This document shows, in pieces, positions 1-7,142 of a stretch of 46,395 nt of DNA. The stretch's first letter is position 1, and every line of letters begins with the position of its first letter. Source of the stretch: Clostridium sp. CAG:138 (GTDB lineage Bacteria; Verrucomicrobiota; Kiritimatiellia; RFP12; UBA1067); NCBI GenBank assembly GCA_963626295.1, contig CAVFWS010000003.1, positions 1 through 46,395 on the forward strand, in the 5' to 3' direction. A model generated the notes under the pieces. That model worked only from the letters and a program-made list of their open reading frames with translations, searched no databases and was not told where the DNA came from. A program made the translations under genes and the position numbers.

Positions 1-1477
1 TCCGCTCGCCCTTGGCAAGCCGCGCCAACGCCCCGTGCTGCCACAGGATCGGCGCGGCGTCCGAGGTTGTTCCCGTGAGCCGCTCGTGGCGGCACTGGAG
101 CGCACGGTGGCAGAGTTCGAGCCGTTCGTCGAGGATCTTCCAGAACGCTTCCAAATCGCCACTGGCGGTCAAGGCCGCATCGACGAGATTGACCGTGACG
201 ACGCCCTGATTGAAACGTCCGTAGTATTTCGGCTTGCCGTCCTTATCGACGTAGGGCGTCAAAAACGAGCGGCAGCCCATGCAGGTGTAGCACTGACCGT
301 CGCCGTTCGGATCGACCTTGTCGCGGCGCATTATCTTCTCCGAGATGTAATCCGGCACCATGCGCTTCGCCGTACACTTCGCGGCGAGTTCCGTGAGGTA
401 GTAGAACGGCGAACCGGGATTCACGTTCTGCTCTTCAAGGACATAGACGAGCTTCGGAAACGCGGGCGTGACGTAGACGCCGCACTCGTTCTTCACGCCT
501 TGGATGCGCTGGCGCAATACCTCCTCAATGATCGCCGCGAGATCCTTCTTCTCTTGCTCGCCCTTGGCCTCGCCCAAGTACATGAAAACCGTGATGAACG
601 GGGCCTGTCCGTTGGTGGTCATGAGGGTCACGACCTGATACTGGATCGTCTGGACTCCTTTCTCGATCTCCTTGCGGACTCGCCGCTCGACGATCTCGTC
701 GAAGCGTCCGGCGGGAAGCTCCACGCCCTCGGTTTCGGCGGCAACCTCCTTGCGGATTTTCTCTCGCGAGACCTCGACGAACGGGGCGAGGTGTGCAAGC
801 GAGATGGACTGTCCGCCGTACTGGTTGCTGGCGACCTGCGCGATGATCTGCGTTGCGATGTTGCAGGCCGTCGAGAAACTGTGCGGGCGGTCGATCATCG
901 TCCCGGAGATGACCGTCCCGTTCTGGAGCATGTCCTCCAAATTGACGAGATCGCAGTTGTGCATCCGCTGGGCGTAGTAGTCCATGTCGTGGAAATGGAT
1001 GATCCCCGCCTCGTGCGCCTCCACGATCTCCGGCGGGAGAAGCACACGCTTCGAGAGATCCTTCGAGACCTCGCCCGCCATATAGTCGCGCTGGACGGAA
1101 TTGACGGTCGGGTTCTTGTTCGAGTTCTCCTGCTTCACCTCCTCGTTGTTGCAGTCGATGAGGGCGAGGATCGGGGCGTCCGTCGTGTTCGCCCGCCTCG
1201 CGAGTTCGCGGGTCTGGCGGTAGCGGATGTAGTGGCGCGAGAGCGCGAACGCGCCGAGGCCCTGCAGCTCCTCCTCCACATAGTCCTGGACCTCCTCGAC
1301 GGACGGGGCGCGGTTAAGAGCCTCGCAGCGGCCCGACACGCGCCTTGCGAGGGCTTGGACGGCCTGTCCGTCGATCCGCTCGGAAGCGGCCACGCTGGCG
1401 TTTGCCTTGTCGACGGCGGCGACGATCTTCTCGGGGTCGAAGTCGGCTTCCGACCCGTTGCGCTTGATGATGTGCAT
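1..1477 (-). CDS. nrdD: anaerobic ribonucleoside-triphosphate reductase (class III RNR), N-terminal ~492 aa; the 3' end runs off the window
   Basis: Absent from the ORF track because there is no stop inside the window. My translation from ATG 1477..1475 gives MHIIKRNGSEADFDPEKIVAAV (ATP-cone-like), then AHEAGIIHFHDMDYY, QYGGQSISLAHL and CYTCMGCRSFLTPY, which are blocks typical of NrdD. AAGGA lies upstream of the ATG. Confidence 0.85.
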   Translation of the reverse strand, partial: MHIIKRNGSEADFDPEKIVAAVDKANASVAASERIDGQAVQALARRVSGRCEALNRAPSVEEVQDYVEEELQGLGAFALSRHYIRYRQTRELARRANTTDAPILALIDCNNEEVKQENSNKNPTVNSVQRDYMAGEVSKDLSKRVLLPPEIVEAHEAGIIHFHDMDYYAQRMHNCDLVNLEDMLQNGTVISGTMIDRPHSFSTACNIATQIIAQVASNQYGGQSISLAHLAPFVEVSREKIRKEVAAETEGVELPAGRFDEIVERRVRKEIEKGVQTIQYQVVTLMTTNGQAPFITVFMYLGEAKGEQEKKDLAAIIEEVLRQRIQGVKNECGVYVTPAFPKLVYVLEEQNVNPGSPFYYLTELAAKCTAKRMVPDYISEKIMRRDKVDPNGDGQCYTCMGCRSFLTPYVDKDGKPKYYGRFNQGVVTVNLVDAALTASGDLEAFWKILDERLELCHRALQCRHERLTGTTSDAAPILWQHGALARLAKGER

Positions 1478-1515
1478 TTCTCAGAATCCTTGATTGCGTT
1501 GGGAGGTTGTTTCGG

Positions 1516-1572
1516 AAAACAAAAAAGACCGTGCGGCGGACGGCGGTCAGAGCCATCGCACCGCACGGTCTT
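1516..1572 (-). terminator. rho-independent terminator ending the long late operon
   Basis: Perfect 10-bp arms GACCGTGCGG (1527-1536) and CCGCACGGTC (1561-1570). On the minus strand they are followed by TTTTTTGTTTT. It sits 15 nt after the stop of the 1587..1931 ORF. Confidence 0.6.
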
Positions 1573-1586
1573 TCGGAGGAGAGTGT

Positions 1587-1931
1587 CTACTTGGTCACGG
1601 TCGCCGGGGCGTTCGTACACGCCTCGCCCTTGGCAAGCTCCGTCTCGATGTGTTCGAGTAGCCTCTCGTAGGCGGCCTGCGCGGCGACGTGCAGCCGGTC
1701 GGCCTGCTTGCGGGAGAGGTCGCCGGAGACGACGAGCGACTCGATCTTGTTCGAGACGGCAGTCGCGCCGCCCTCGGCGTAGGCGGTCTTGAGGCACTCT
1801 GTGACGTTCGCCCTCGCCCCGAGCTGGCGGACGAGCGCGCAGCCCGTGCAGAGCCGGACGCAGAGGAGCGTCATGCAGGCGGCGAGGAGAACGTTGAGGA
1901 TGGAGCGGGTGGCGGATTCGAGCATGTCCAT
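1587..1931 (-). CDS. small membrane or lipoprotein-like protein (114 aa), possible lysis accessory or spanin-like
   Basis: Start chosen at MDMLES because GAAAGGAAAATC precedes this ATG. The N-terminus is hydrophobic with LCTGC (lipobox-like), and the C-terminus is predicted helical. Confidence 0.5.
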   Translation of the reverse strand: MDMLESATRSILNVLLAACMTLLCVRLCTGCALVRQLGARANVTECLKTAYAEGGATAVSNKIESLVVSGDLSRKQADRLHVAAQAAYERLLEHIETELAKGEACTNAPATVTK

Positions 1932-2007
1932 GATTTTCCTTTCGGGTTTGATTGCGGTTGCCGTGCGTTTCGGGGTTGCGACGACGAGGATGCGGCGCAT
2001 GACCGCC

Positions 2008-2241
2008 TCACTTGTCGACGTTGATGAGGCCGACGGTGTACTCCTTGTCTCCCTCGTCGCGGGAGCCGGATCTTGTGGTTTCCGTCTTGATCGCGCCGCA
2101 GACGTATCCGTCGGCGCGCTTTGTGAGCGTGTCTTTCGTGGGTTCATAGAAACTCCTTTCGATTACCTGTTGAGAGAAACATCCGGCGAGTGCGCCGCAG
2201 AGGATTGCGGCGCACAGGGCGAGAAAGCGGCGGCGCGTCAT
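2008..2241 (-). CDS. small lipoprotein (77 aa), o-spanin-like position
   Basis: MTRRRFLALCAAILCGALAGCFSQQ is a classic signal peptide plus LAGC lipobox. There is an ATGA overlap with the stop of the upstream ORF (2238-2241). Confidence 0.65.
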   Translation of the reverse strand: MTRRRFLALCAAILCGALAGCFSQQVIERSFYEPTKDTLTKRADGYVCGAIKTETTRSGSRDEGDKEYTVGLINVDK

Positions 2242-2723
2242 GCGTCCGTCTCCTTCGCATCGGACTTCATCGCGGAGAGCATGAGGGCGGCGTTGGTGCG
2301 CTGCTCCTCCACGTCCTTCGCGGTGAACGGTGCCATCCATGCGGCCCAGCCGAAGCGCTGGCAGATGTTGCCGAAGCGGCGGGCCTGGTTCATGACGGCG
2401 TAGCGACGCGGGTTGTACCATGCGTACTCGCACTTGGCGACGCGGGAGCCGTTGCGCTTGAAGCGCTTGTTGCTGGCGGCGAAGGACTCCTTCGTGCCGT
2501 CCGAGAGCGACCACTCGACGTCGTGGATGAACGCGACGGGCGCGAGGGACGGATGGAGGAAGTCGAGGACGGCGCGAAGCCATCCGGGGAACTTCTCCGG
2601 CCCGATCCCATTGTACATCGAGGCGAGCTTGGTGTTCGGGAAGCCGTCGAGGACACCCCGTCCCTCCAGCTCGTACTTGTCGCACAGCTCCTTGAGCCGC
2701 TTCACTTCCTTGAGTGTGGCCAT
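2238..2723 (-). CDS. hypothetical protein with a YNGIG ... IHDVEW motif pair (PLA2-like YxGxG/HD or DUF1353-like); possible lysis or virion enzyme
   Basis: 161-aa ORF with normal composition and high GC3, translationally coupled to the downstream lipoprotein gene. The motif resemblance is from memory only. Confidence 0.55.
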   Translation of the reverse strand: MATLKEVKRLKELCDKYELEGRGVLDGFPNTKLASMYNGIGPEKFPGWLRAVLDFLHPSLAPVAFIHDVEWSLSDGTKESFAASNKRFKRNGSRVAKCEYAWYNPRRYAVMNQARRFGNICQRFGWAAWMAPFTAKDVEEQRTNAALMLSAMKSDAKETDA

Positions 2724-2744
2724 AGTGATTTTTCTCCTTTCGTT

Positions 2745-3317
2745 TTAGTCGGCGATGCACTGGGCGAGGATCGCCTCGATCTCCGCATCGGTGAGACGGG
2801 CGTAGTTCTTGAGCGCGGCGAGTCCCTGCTGGAAGAGATCATAGTCCTCGCGGAAGTCCTGCGCCGCGAGATAGAAGTCGTAGTAGGACTTCTCCTCGAG
2901 CCACGTCTTCACGAGAACCCACTTGTCGGCGGCCTTGAGCGCCGCGACGAGCTTCAGCTTCGAGAAGATGCGGTGGCCCTTGACGTTGTTCGTCGCGCCG
3001 CCGCTGGCGGTCGTTCCGCCCGAGGAAGTGCCACCAGACGTGCCGCCGGATGTGGTTTCGCCGCCGTCGGTGACTTCCTGCTGCGTGTTCGCCACCTGCT
3101 TGTAGACGCAGGTGATCGCGTCGGCGGTCTCCGTCCACGCCGACACCTTCACGTCCTTGCCGTCCTCGGCGGCAGGCGGATTGTCGACCACCTTCTTCCA
3201 GCCGCTTGCGAGGTAGCTTGCCTCGGAGGGATTCACCTTGAGCGCTCCGTCGACCGTGAGGACATCCGGCGCGTATTCGATCTGACCGTTCTTGAGCTTT
3301 CCGTATTTCGTGTTCAT
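2745..3317 (-). CDS. hypothetical tail-associated protein with a Gly/Ser/Thr-rich linker
   Basis: 190-aa ORF with RBS CTGAAAGGCACAC before the ATG. The central linker is GGETTSGGTSGGTSSGGTTASGG. Confidence 0.65.
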   Translation of the reverse strand: MNTKYGKLKNGQIEYAPDVLTVDGALKVNPSEASYLASGWKKVVDNPPAAEDGKDVKVSAWTETADAITCVYKQVANTQQEVTDGGETTSGGTSGGTSSGGTTASGGATNNVKGHRIFSKLKLVAALKAADKWVLVKTWLEEKSYYDFYLAAQDFREDYDLFQQGLAALKNYARLTDAEIEAILAQCIAD

Positions 3318-3343
3318 GTGTGCCTTTCAGTTTCGAGTTTCCG

Positions 3344-4147
3344 TCATGCGATCCTCGTGCCGTTGCCGAGGACGATTCCGTCCGTGCCGTGGAAGCGGCA
3401 GTCGCTACACGCGCCCCACGGGAACCTCGCCCCGTAGCCCGCGACGATGTTGCCGCTTGCCGCCACCTGCTTGATCTGGTCGACCGTCTTGTTGGCGATC
3501 CAGATGTCCTTCAGGAGCGGCGTGTTCGAGAAGTCCTGCGTCGCGAACTGCGTGACGTTTCCGAGCTTCAGTTCCGTGATGGACGTGCAGTCCTTCCACA
3601 CGTAGCTCCAGCACGTGCCGCAGCTCCCGATCTTGAACTTCTTCAGGTTGGTGCAACTCTGGTACGTGCCGTCGTAGTGGATTCCCGCGTTGCCCATCTC
3701 CACCTCTTCGAGCGAAGTGCAGTAGGCGAAGTCGCGCTGGCCGAGCCACTGACACTTCGGCCAGATGACGCGCTTGAGCCTCGTGCAACGCTTGAAGCCG
3801 CCCGAATTGCTGCCCGTGATCGTGCCGCCGTAGTCGACCATCGAGATTATCGCGTTGTCGTAGGCATACTGCGACTGGCCGTCCAGCCAGCGAAGCCCGA
3901 TGCCGCGCAGATTCTTGGTGCGGATCTTGTACTTGCCGTAGTTCGCATACGTGTGTCCGACCGTGATGCGGTCGTAGTTCGTGAACCGGTACGTGTCTCC
4001 GTCACCCCACGCGATCACGGTCTCCTTGTCGCGGTAGCCGTTGAAGTGGAACTGGATGAAGAGCCCGGTGGCCGGGGTCATCTCAACCTCGACCACCATG
4101 CCCGAGCCGCCCTCGTTCCAGAGGGATTGCTTCGATGCGATCTGCAT
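3344..4147 (-). CDS. BspA-type leucine-rich-repeat protein (tail or receptor-binding candidate)
   Basis: Repeated F..C..L..V ~23-aa units (FKRCTRLKRVIWP, FAYCTSLEEVEMG, YQSCTNLKKFKIG, WKDCTSITELKLG). Start taken at MQIASK (ATG 4147), 4 nt after the upstream stop. Confidence 0.65.
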   Translation of the reverse strand: MQIASKQSLWNEGGSGMVVEVEMTPATGLFIQFHFNGYRDKETVIAWGDGDTYRFTNYDRITVGHTYANYGKYKIRTKNLRGIGLRWLDGQSQYAYDNAIISMVDYGGTITGSNSGGFKRCTRLKRVIWPKCQWLGQRDFAYCTSLEEVEMGNAGIHYDGTYQSCTNLKKFKIGSCGTCWSYVWKDCTSITELKLGNVTQFATQDFSNTPLLKDIWIANKTVDQIKQVAASGNIVAGYGARFPWGACSDCRFHGTDGIVLGNGTRIA

Positions 4148-4151
4148 GGCC

Positions 4152-5177
4152 TTAAGCTCCCGCCGGAGTCCAGACGACATCGTCCACCCAGCCGCAGTCC
4201 TCGCCGTTCGAGCAGCTTCCGTCCTTGTCGTACTTCCACTGCACCGTGTGAAGACCGTCGCCCGTCACCTCGAGCGTGTACTGCTCCCAGTCACCCCACG
4301 TGCCGCTGATGTACGACTTCTCCGTTCCGTCGAGAATGACGCGGAGCTTGTCGTAGTAGTCCTCGCTCGAAACCTTCCACCAGAACGTGAGCGTTCCCGC
4401 GCCCGTGAAGGAGGTCTGCAGGATCGTGTTCTGGCTGTCCGAGATCCCGCCCGAACGCGCCGCACCCGGCTCGCTGCGGTAGGTCGCGTTGTCAACGTAC
4501 CAGTCGCCATTGCCCGAGGTGTAGAACGTGAGGTTCTTCGCCGCGCAGATCGCATCGACGAACGGATCGACATAGACCGCCCACTGCGCATAGAGCTTCG
4601 TGATCCCGGTCTTCACTGTGTCGTTCGCCGTGATCTGCGTCCCGCCCTCGGCCTCGGTGAACCACCCCTGAAAGGTGTAGCCATTCCGCACGGGAGTCGG
4701 AAGTCCCGTGAACTTCGCGCCGAGCTTGAACACCTTCGGGGAAGTCACGCCCTCGCCCCCGCAGGCATCCAGTTCGACGGAGTGGTCGATGTCCATCACC
4801 TTGCGGTTTACGAAGAACACGCCCTCGTCGTTCTCGGTGAACGAGAAGACGTTGATCCCGATCTGGCACGAGAGGATCGTCTCGTCGATGTCCTCGAACG
4901 AGATGATCTCGCCAGTCGGGGCGGCGAACGTCACCTCCGGAATCGCGTCTGCGGTGATGACGAGCCGGACGAAGAAGTCGCGCACCTGACCCTTGACGAG
5001 CGGCGGCAGGACGAGCCGCAGCGCGTCCTCGGTCGTGATCGCGATCTTGTTGACGGCCTTGTCCTCAAGCCCCACGACGCCCGATTCGAGGCGTTTGGTG
5101 ACGAGCTTGTACCTCGTCGCCGTGGTCTCGCCCGAGGCATCCACCTCATCGAGCTGCGGAATGTAAAGAACCTCCAT
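4152..5177 (-). CDS. tail fibre / receptor-binding protein with a Listeria-Bacteroides (Flg_new-type) repeat and a C-terminal lectin-like domain
   Basis: RNGYTFQGWFTEAEGGTQITANDTVKTGITKLYAQW matches the GYxFxGW repeat. RBS is GAAGGAGGA. The N-terminal ~130 aa is paralogous to ORF 5446..5853. Confidence 0.7.
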   Translation of the reverse strand: MEVLYIPQLDEVDASGETTATRYKLVTKRLESGVVGLEDKAVNKIAITTEDALRLVLPPLVKGQVRDFFVRLVITADAIPEVTFAAPTGEIISFEDIDETILSCQIGINVFSFTENDEGVFFVNRKVMDIDHSVELDACGGEGVTSPKVFKLGAKFTGLPTPVRNGYTFQGWFTEAEGGTQITANDTVKTGITKLYAQWAVYVDPFVDAICAAKNLTFYTSGNGDWYVDNATYRSEPGAARSGGISDSQNTILQTSFTGAGTLTFWWKVSSEDYYDKLRVILDGTEKSYISGTWGDWEQYTLEVTGDGLHTVQWKYDKDGSCSNGEDCGWVDDVVWTPAGA

Positions 5178-5179
5178 GA

Positions 5180-5443
5180 TCAGTCCTCCTTCAAGTTCAT
5201 CGTTTCATTGATCGGGATGTACGAGAGCGTCTCGGCATCCTCCCAAGCGCCATAGGCCCACATGACGCGCATGTCGCCGTTCGGGTCCTTGTCGAGGCGG
5301 TGGATGGGCCTCTTCGGCTCGTCGCCGAAGCACATGTACATGATCCCGTCCTTCATCTTCACGAGATGCGTGTCGAGCTTCTTCAGCTTGAAGTATTCGC
5401 TCGTCGTCTCGAATCCGTAGCAGTCGATCTGCCTTGCAGCCAT
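5180..5443 (-). CDS. small conserved protein, paralog A (87 aa)
   Basis: MAARQIDCYGFETTSEYF...WAYGAWEDAETLSYIPINETM aligns with ORF 5850..6104. GAGGAGGAG lies 5 nt before ATG 5443. Confidence 0.65.
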   Translation of the reverse strand: MAARQIDCYGFETTSEYFKLKKLDTHLVKMKDGIMYMCFGDEPKRPIHRLDKDPNGDMRVMWAYGAWEDAETLSYIPINETMNLKED

Positions 5444-5445
5444 AG

Positions 5446-5853
5446 TCACTCCTCCTCGTTATCCAGTTTTTCAACCACCTTGCGCCCGACGAGGAACGTC
5501 CCCGCCTTCGTCTCGGTGAAGAAATAGATGACCGTCTCGCCCTCGTCCGGGGCCTTCAGCTCGCCGCCCTCCGATCCCTCGAAGTCCGCTCCCGCGAACG
5601 TGAGGTCGGTCGCCGCCGTGCATTCTGCGCGCAGGAGAAAGTCCCGCGCCTTGCCGGGATCCGTGTCGGGGACGGCGACCGTCACCTCGCCGCCCACGAG
5701 GGCAACGGCGTTCATGGCGCGATCCTTCATCGTCGCCTTGCCCGTCGAGAGGTCGAGGCGGTTGAACTCGTACTGCGTCTCGCTCCGCGCCGCGCCCTTG
5801 GCGACCTTGGCGAGAAGCGTCAGCAGCTTGTCCCATTGGGTGAAGATCGTCAT
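5446..5853 (-). CDS. tail protein, short paralog of the N-terminal module of 4152..5177
   Basis: ARDFLLRA..TFAG...VIYFFTETKAGTFLVGRKVV aligns with VRDFFVRL..TFAA...NVFSFTENDEGVFFVNRKVM. ATGA overlap with the upstream stop. Confidence 0.65.
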   Translation of the reverse strand: MTIFTQWDKLLTLLAKVAKGAARSETQYEFNRLDLSTGKATMKDRAMNAVALVGGEVTVAVPDTDPGKARDFLLRAECTAATDLTFAGADFEGSEGGELKAPDEGETVIYFFTETKAGTFLVGRKVVEKLDNEEE

Positions 5854-6104
5854 CCCGCCACCTCCATCGTTTGCGTGATCGGGATGTAGAAGAGGTTCTC
5901 CGCATCAGCCCAAGCGCCGTAGGCCCACGTCTCTTCGACCACGCCGTCCGCGCCGATGCCGAGCTTGTGGATCGCAACGCGGTCGCCATCGGTAAAGCGC
6001 ATGAACGTCCACTCGCCGGACTGCTTCGTCTCGAGCGGCCTCTCGGGGACGCCCTTGGCGAACGTCTCCGATTTCGTTTCCTTTCCGTAACAGTCGATTC
6101 TCAT
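5850..6104 (-). CDS. small conserved protein, paralog B (84 aa)
   Basis: MRIDCYGKETKSETF...WAYGAWADAENLFYIPITQTM. RBS is AAGAGGAAAC. Confidence 0.65.
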   Translation of the reverse strand: MRIDCYGKETKSETFAKGVPERPLETKQSGEWTFMRFTDGDRVAIHKLGIGADGVVEETWAYGAWADAENLFYIPITQTMEVAG

Positions 6105-6120
6105 CTGTGTTTCCTCTTGT

Positions 6121-7131
6121 TTAGGTTGTCGGGCGCGGGATCGTCCCGCCCCAGTTTGTGTCCCAGAAGAGCGAGCGGACCGAGTCCGCGCACCCCGTCA
6201 CCACCTCGTAGCACCGGTAGTAGTCCGAGTCGGGCGAATAGCGCACCTTCTCCTCTGGCATCAGAAGCGCAGGATCGTCCGTCCATGCGCCCGTAAGTCC
6301 CGTGCATCCGTAGTAGCACCGGCTCACGTTCGTGACCTTCTCGGGCCACGCGGGGATGATCCCGGTCGCGCCCGTGCAGCCCTCGAAGCAGGCATTGAGG
6401 TCGCTCGCATTCTCCGGCCATTCGGGGATCGGCCCGTGCATCCCGGTCGCGTTCTTGAAGCATGATCCGAACTCGACGCACTTCTTCGGCCACTTCGGGA
6501 AGCGCCCCTGGACGCCCGGACAGTCGCAGAAGGTCTGGCAGACGCTCGTGATGTTCCGTCCCCACTTGGGGATCTTCCCCGAAAGACCCGTACAGCGGTC
6601 GAACGCCCCGGTCGCATCGACGATGTTCGGCGTCCACGCCGGGAAGCCGCCACGGAGGTCGAAGCAGAACTGCCAGCAGCAGAAGACGCTCGTGAGGGAC
6701 TTGCCCCACGGGATGACCTTGCCCTGAACGCCGCCGTGGTCGGAGTCCGACCAGCCGCAGTACGTTCCCTGCGCCGATTCGAGGTAGTCGCTCCAGCAGC
6801 GCGGGAAGATCTGCGGGCGCGAGACGTAGACCTTCCGCTTCGAGTCCACCGTGTAGCATTCCCAGAGCCGCCACCACTTGGCCGCATGGTTGATGCGCAC
6901 CGTGTAGCGTCCCTTGGCCGTGTAGTTGTGCCACGCGAGGTAGTTCGACTGCGTCGAGACCGTGCCGTCTCCCCAGTCGACCGTGAAGGTATCGAAGCCC
7001 GTCCGCTTCGTGACCTGCAGCTGTATCTGGCAGTAGCCGTCCTTGATCTCGTAGTCGACGAACTCGATCTCGAAGACCGAGTCCGGATTCAAGGGGCGTA
7101 TGCAGAACGCCCTGTGCCTTGCAGCGATCAT
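6121..7131 (-). CDS. repeat protein with Cys-rich LRR/DUF285-like units (tail tip or receptor-binding candidate)
   Basis: Units such as CFEGCTGATGIIPAWPEKVTNVSRCYYGCTGLTG, FDRCTGLSGKIPKWGRNITSV and FCDCPGVQGRFPKWPKK. Start moved to MIAARH (ATG 7131), which is preceded by AGGAGAG. Confidence 0.6.
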   Translation of the reverse strand: MIAARHRAFCIRPLNPDSVFEIEFVDYEIKDGYCQIQLQVTKRTGFDTFTVDWGDGTVSTQSNYLAWHNYTAKGRYTVRINHAAKWWRLWECYTVDSKRKVYVSRPQIFPRCWSDYLESAQGTYCGWSDSDHGGVQGKVIPWGKSLTSVFCCWQFCFDLRGGFPAWTPNIVDATGAFDRCTGLSGKIPKWGRNITSVCQTFCDCPGVQGRFPKWPKKCVEFGSCFKNATGMHGPIPEWPENASDLNACFEGCTGATGIIPAWPEKVTNVSRCYYGCTGLTGAWTDDPALLMPEEKVRYSPDSDYYRCYEVVTGCADSVRSLFWDTNWGGTIPRPTT

Positions 7132-7142
7132 CTCAACTCTCC

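Noticed and set aside
35-1792. 585-aa plus-strand ORF at the left edge
   Set aside because: Its composition is Arg/Asp/Leu/Gly-rich and it is exactly antisense to a clean NrdD reading frame. It is a shadow ORF of a high-GC gene.
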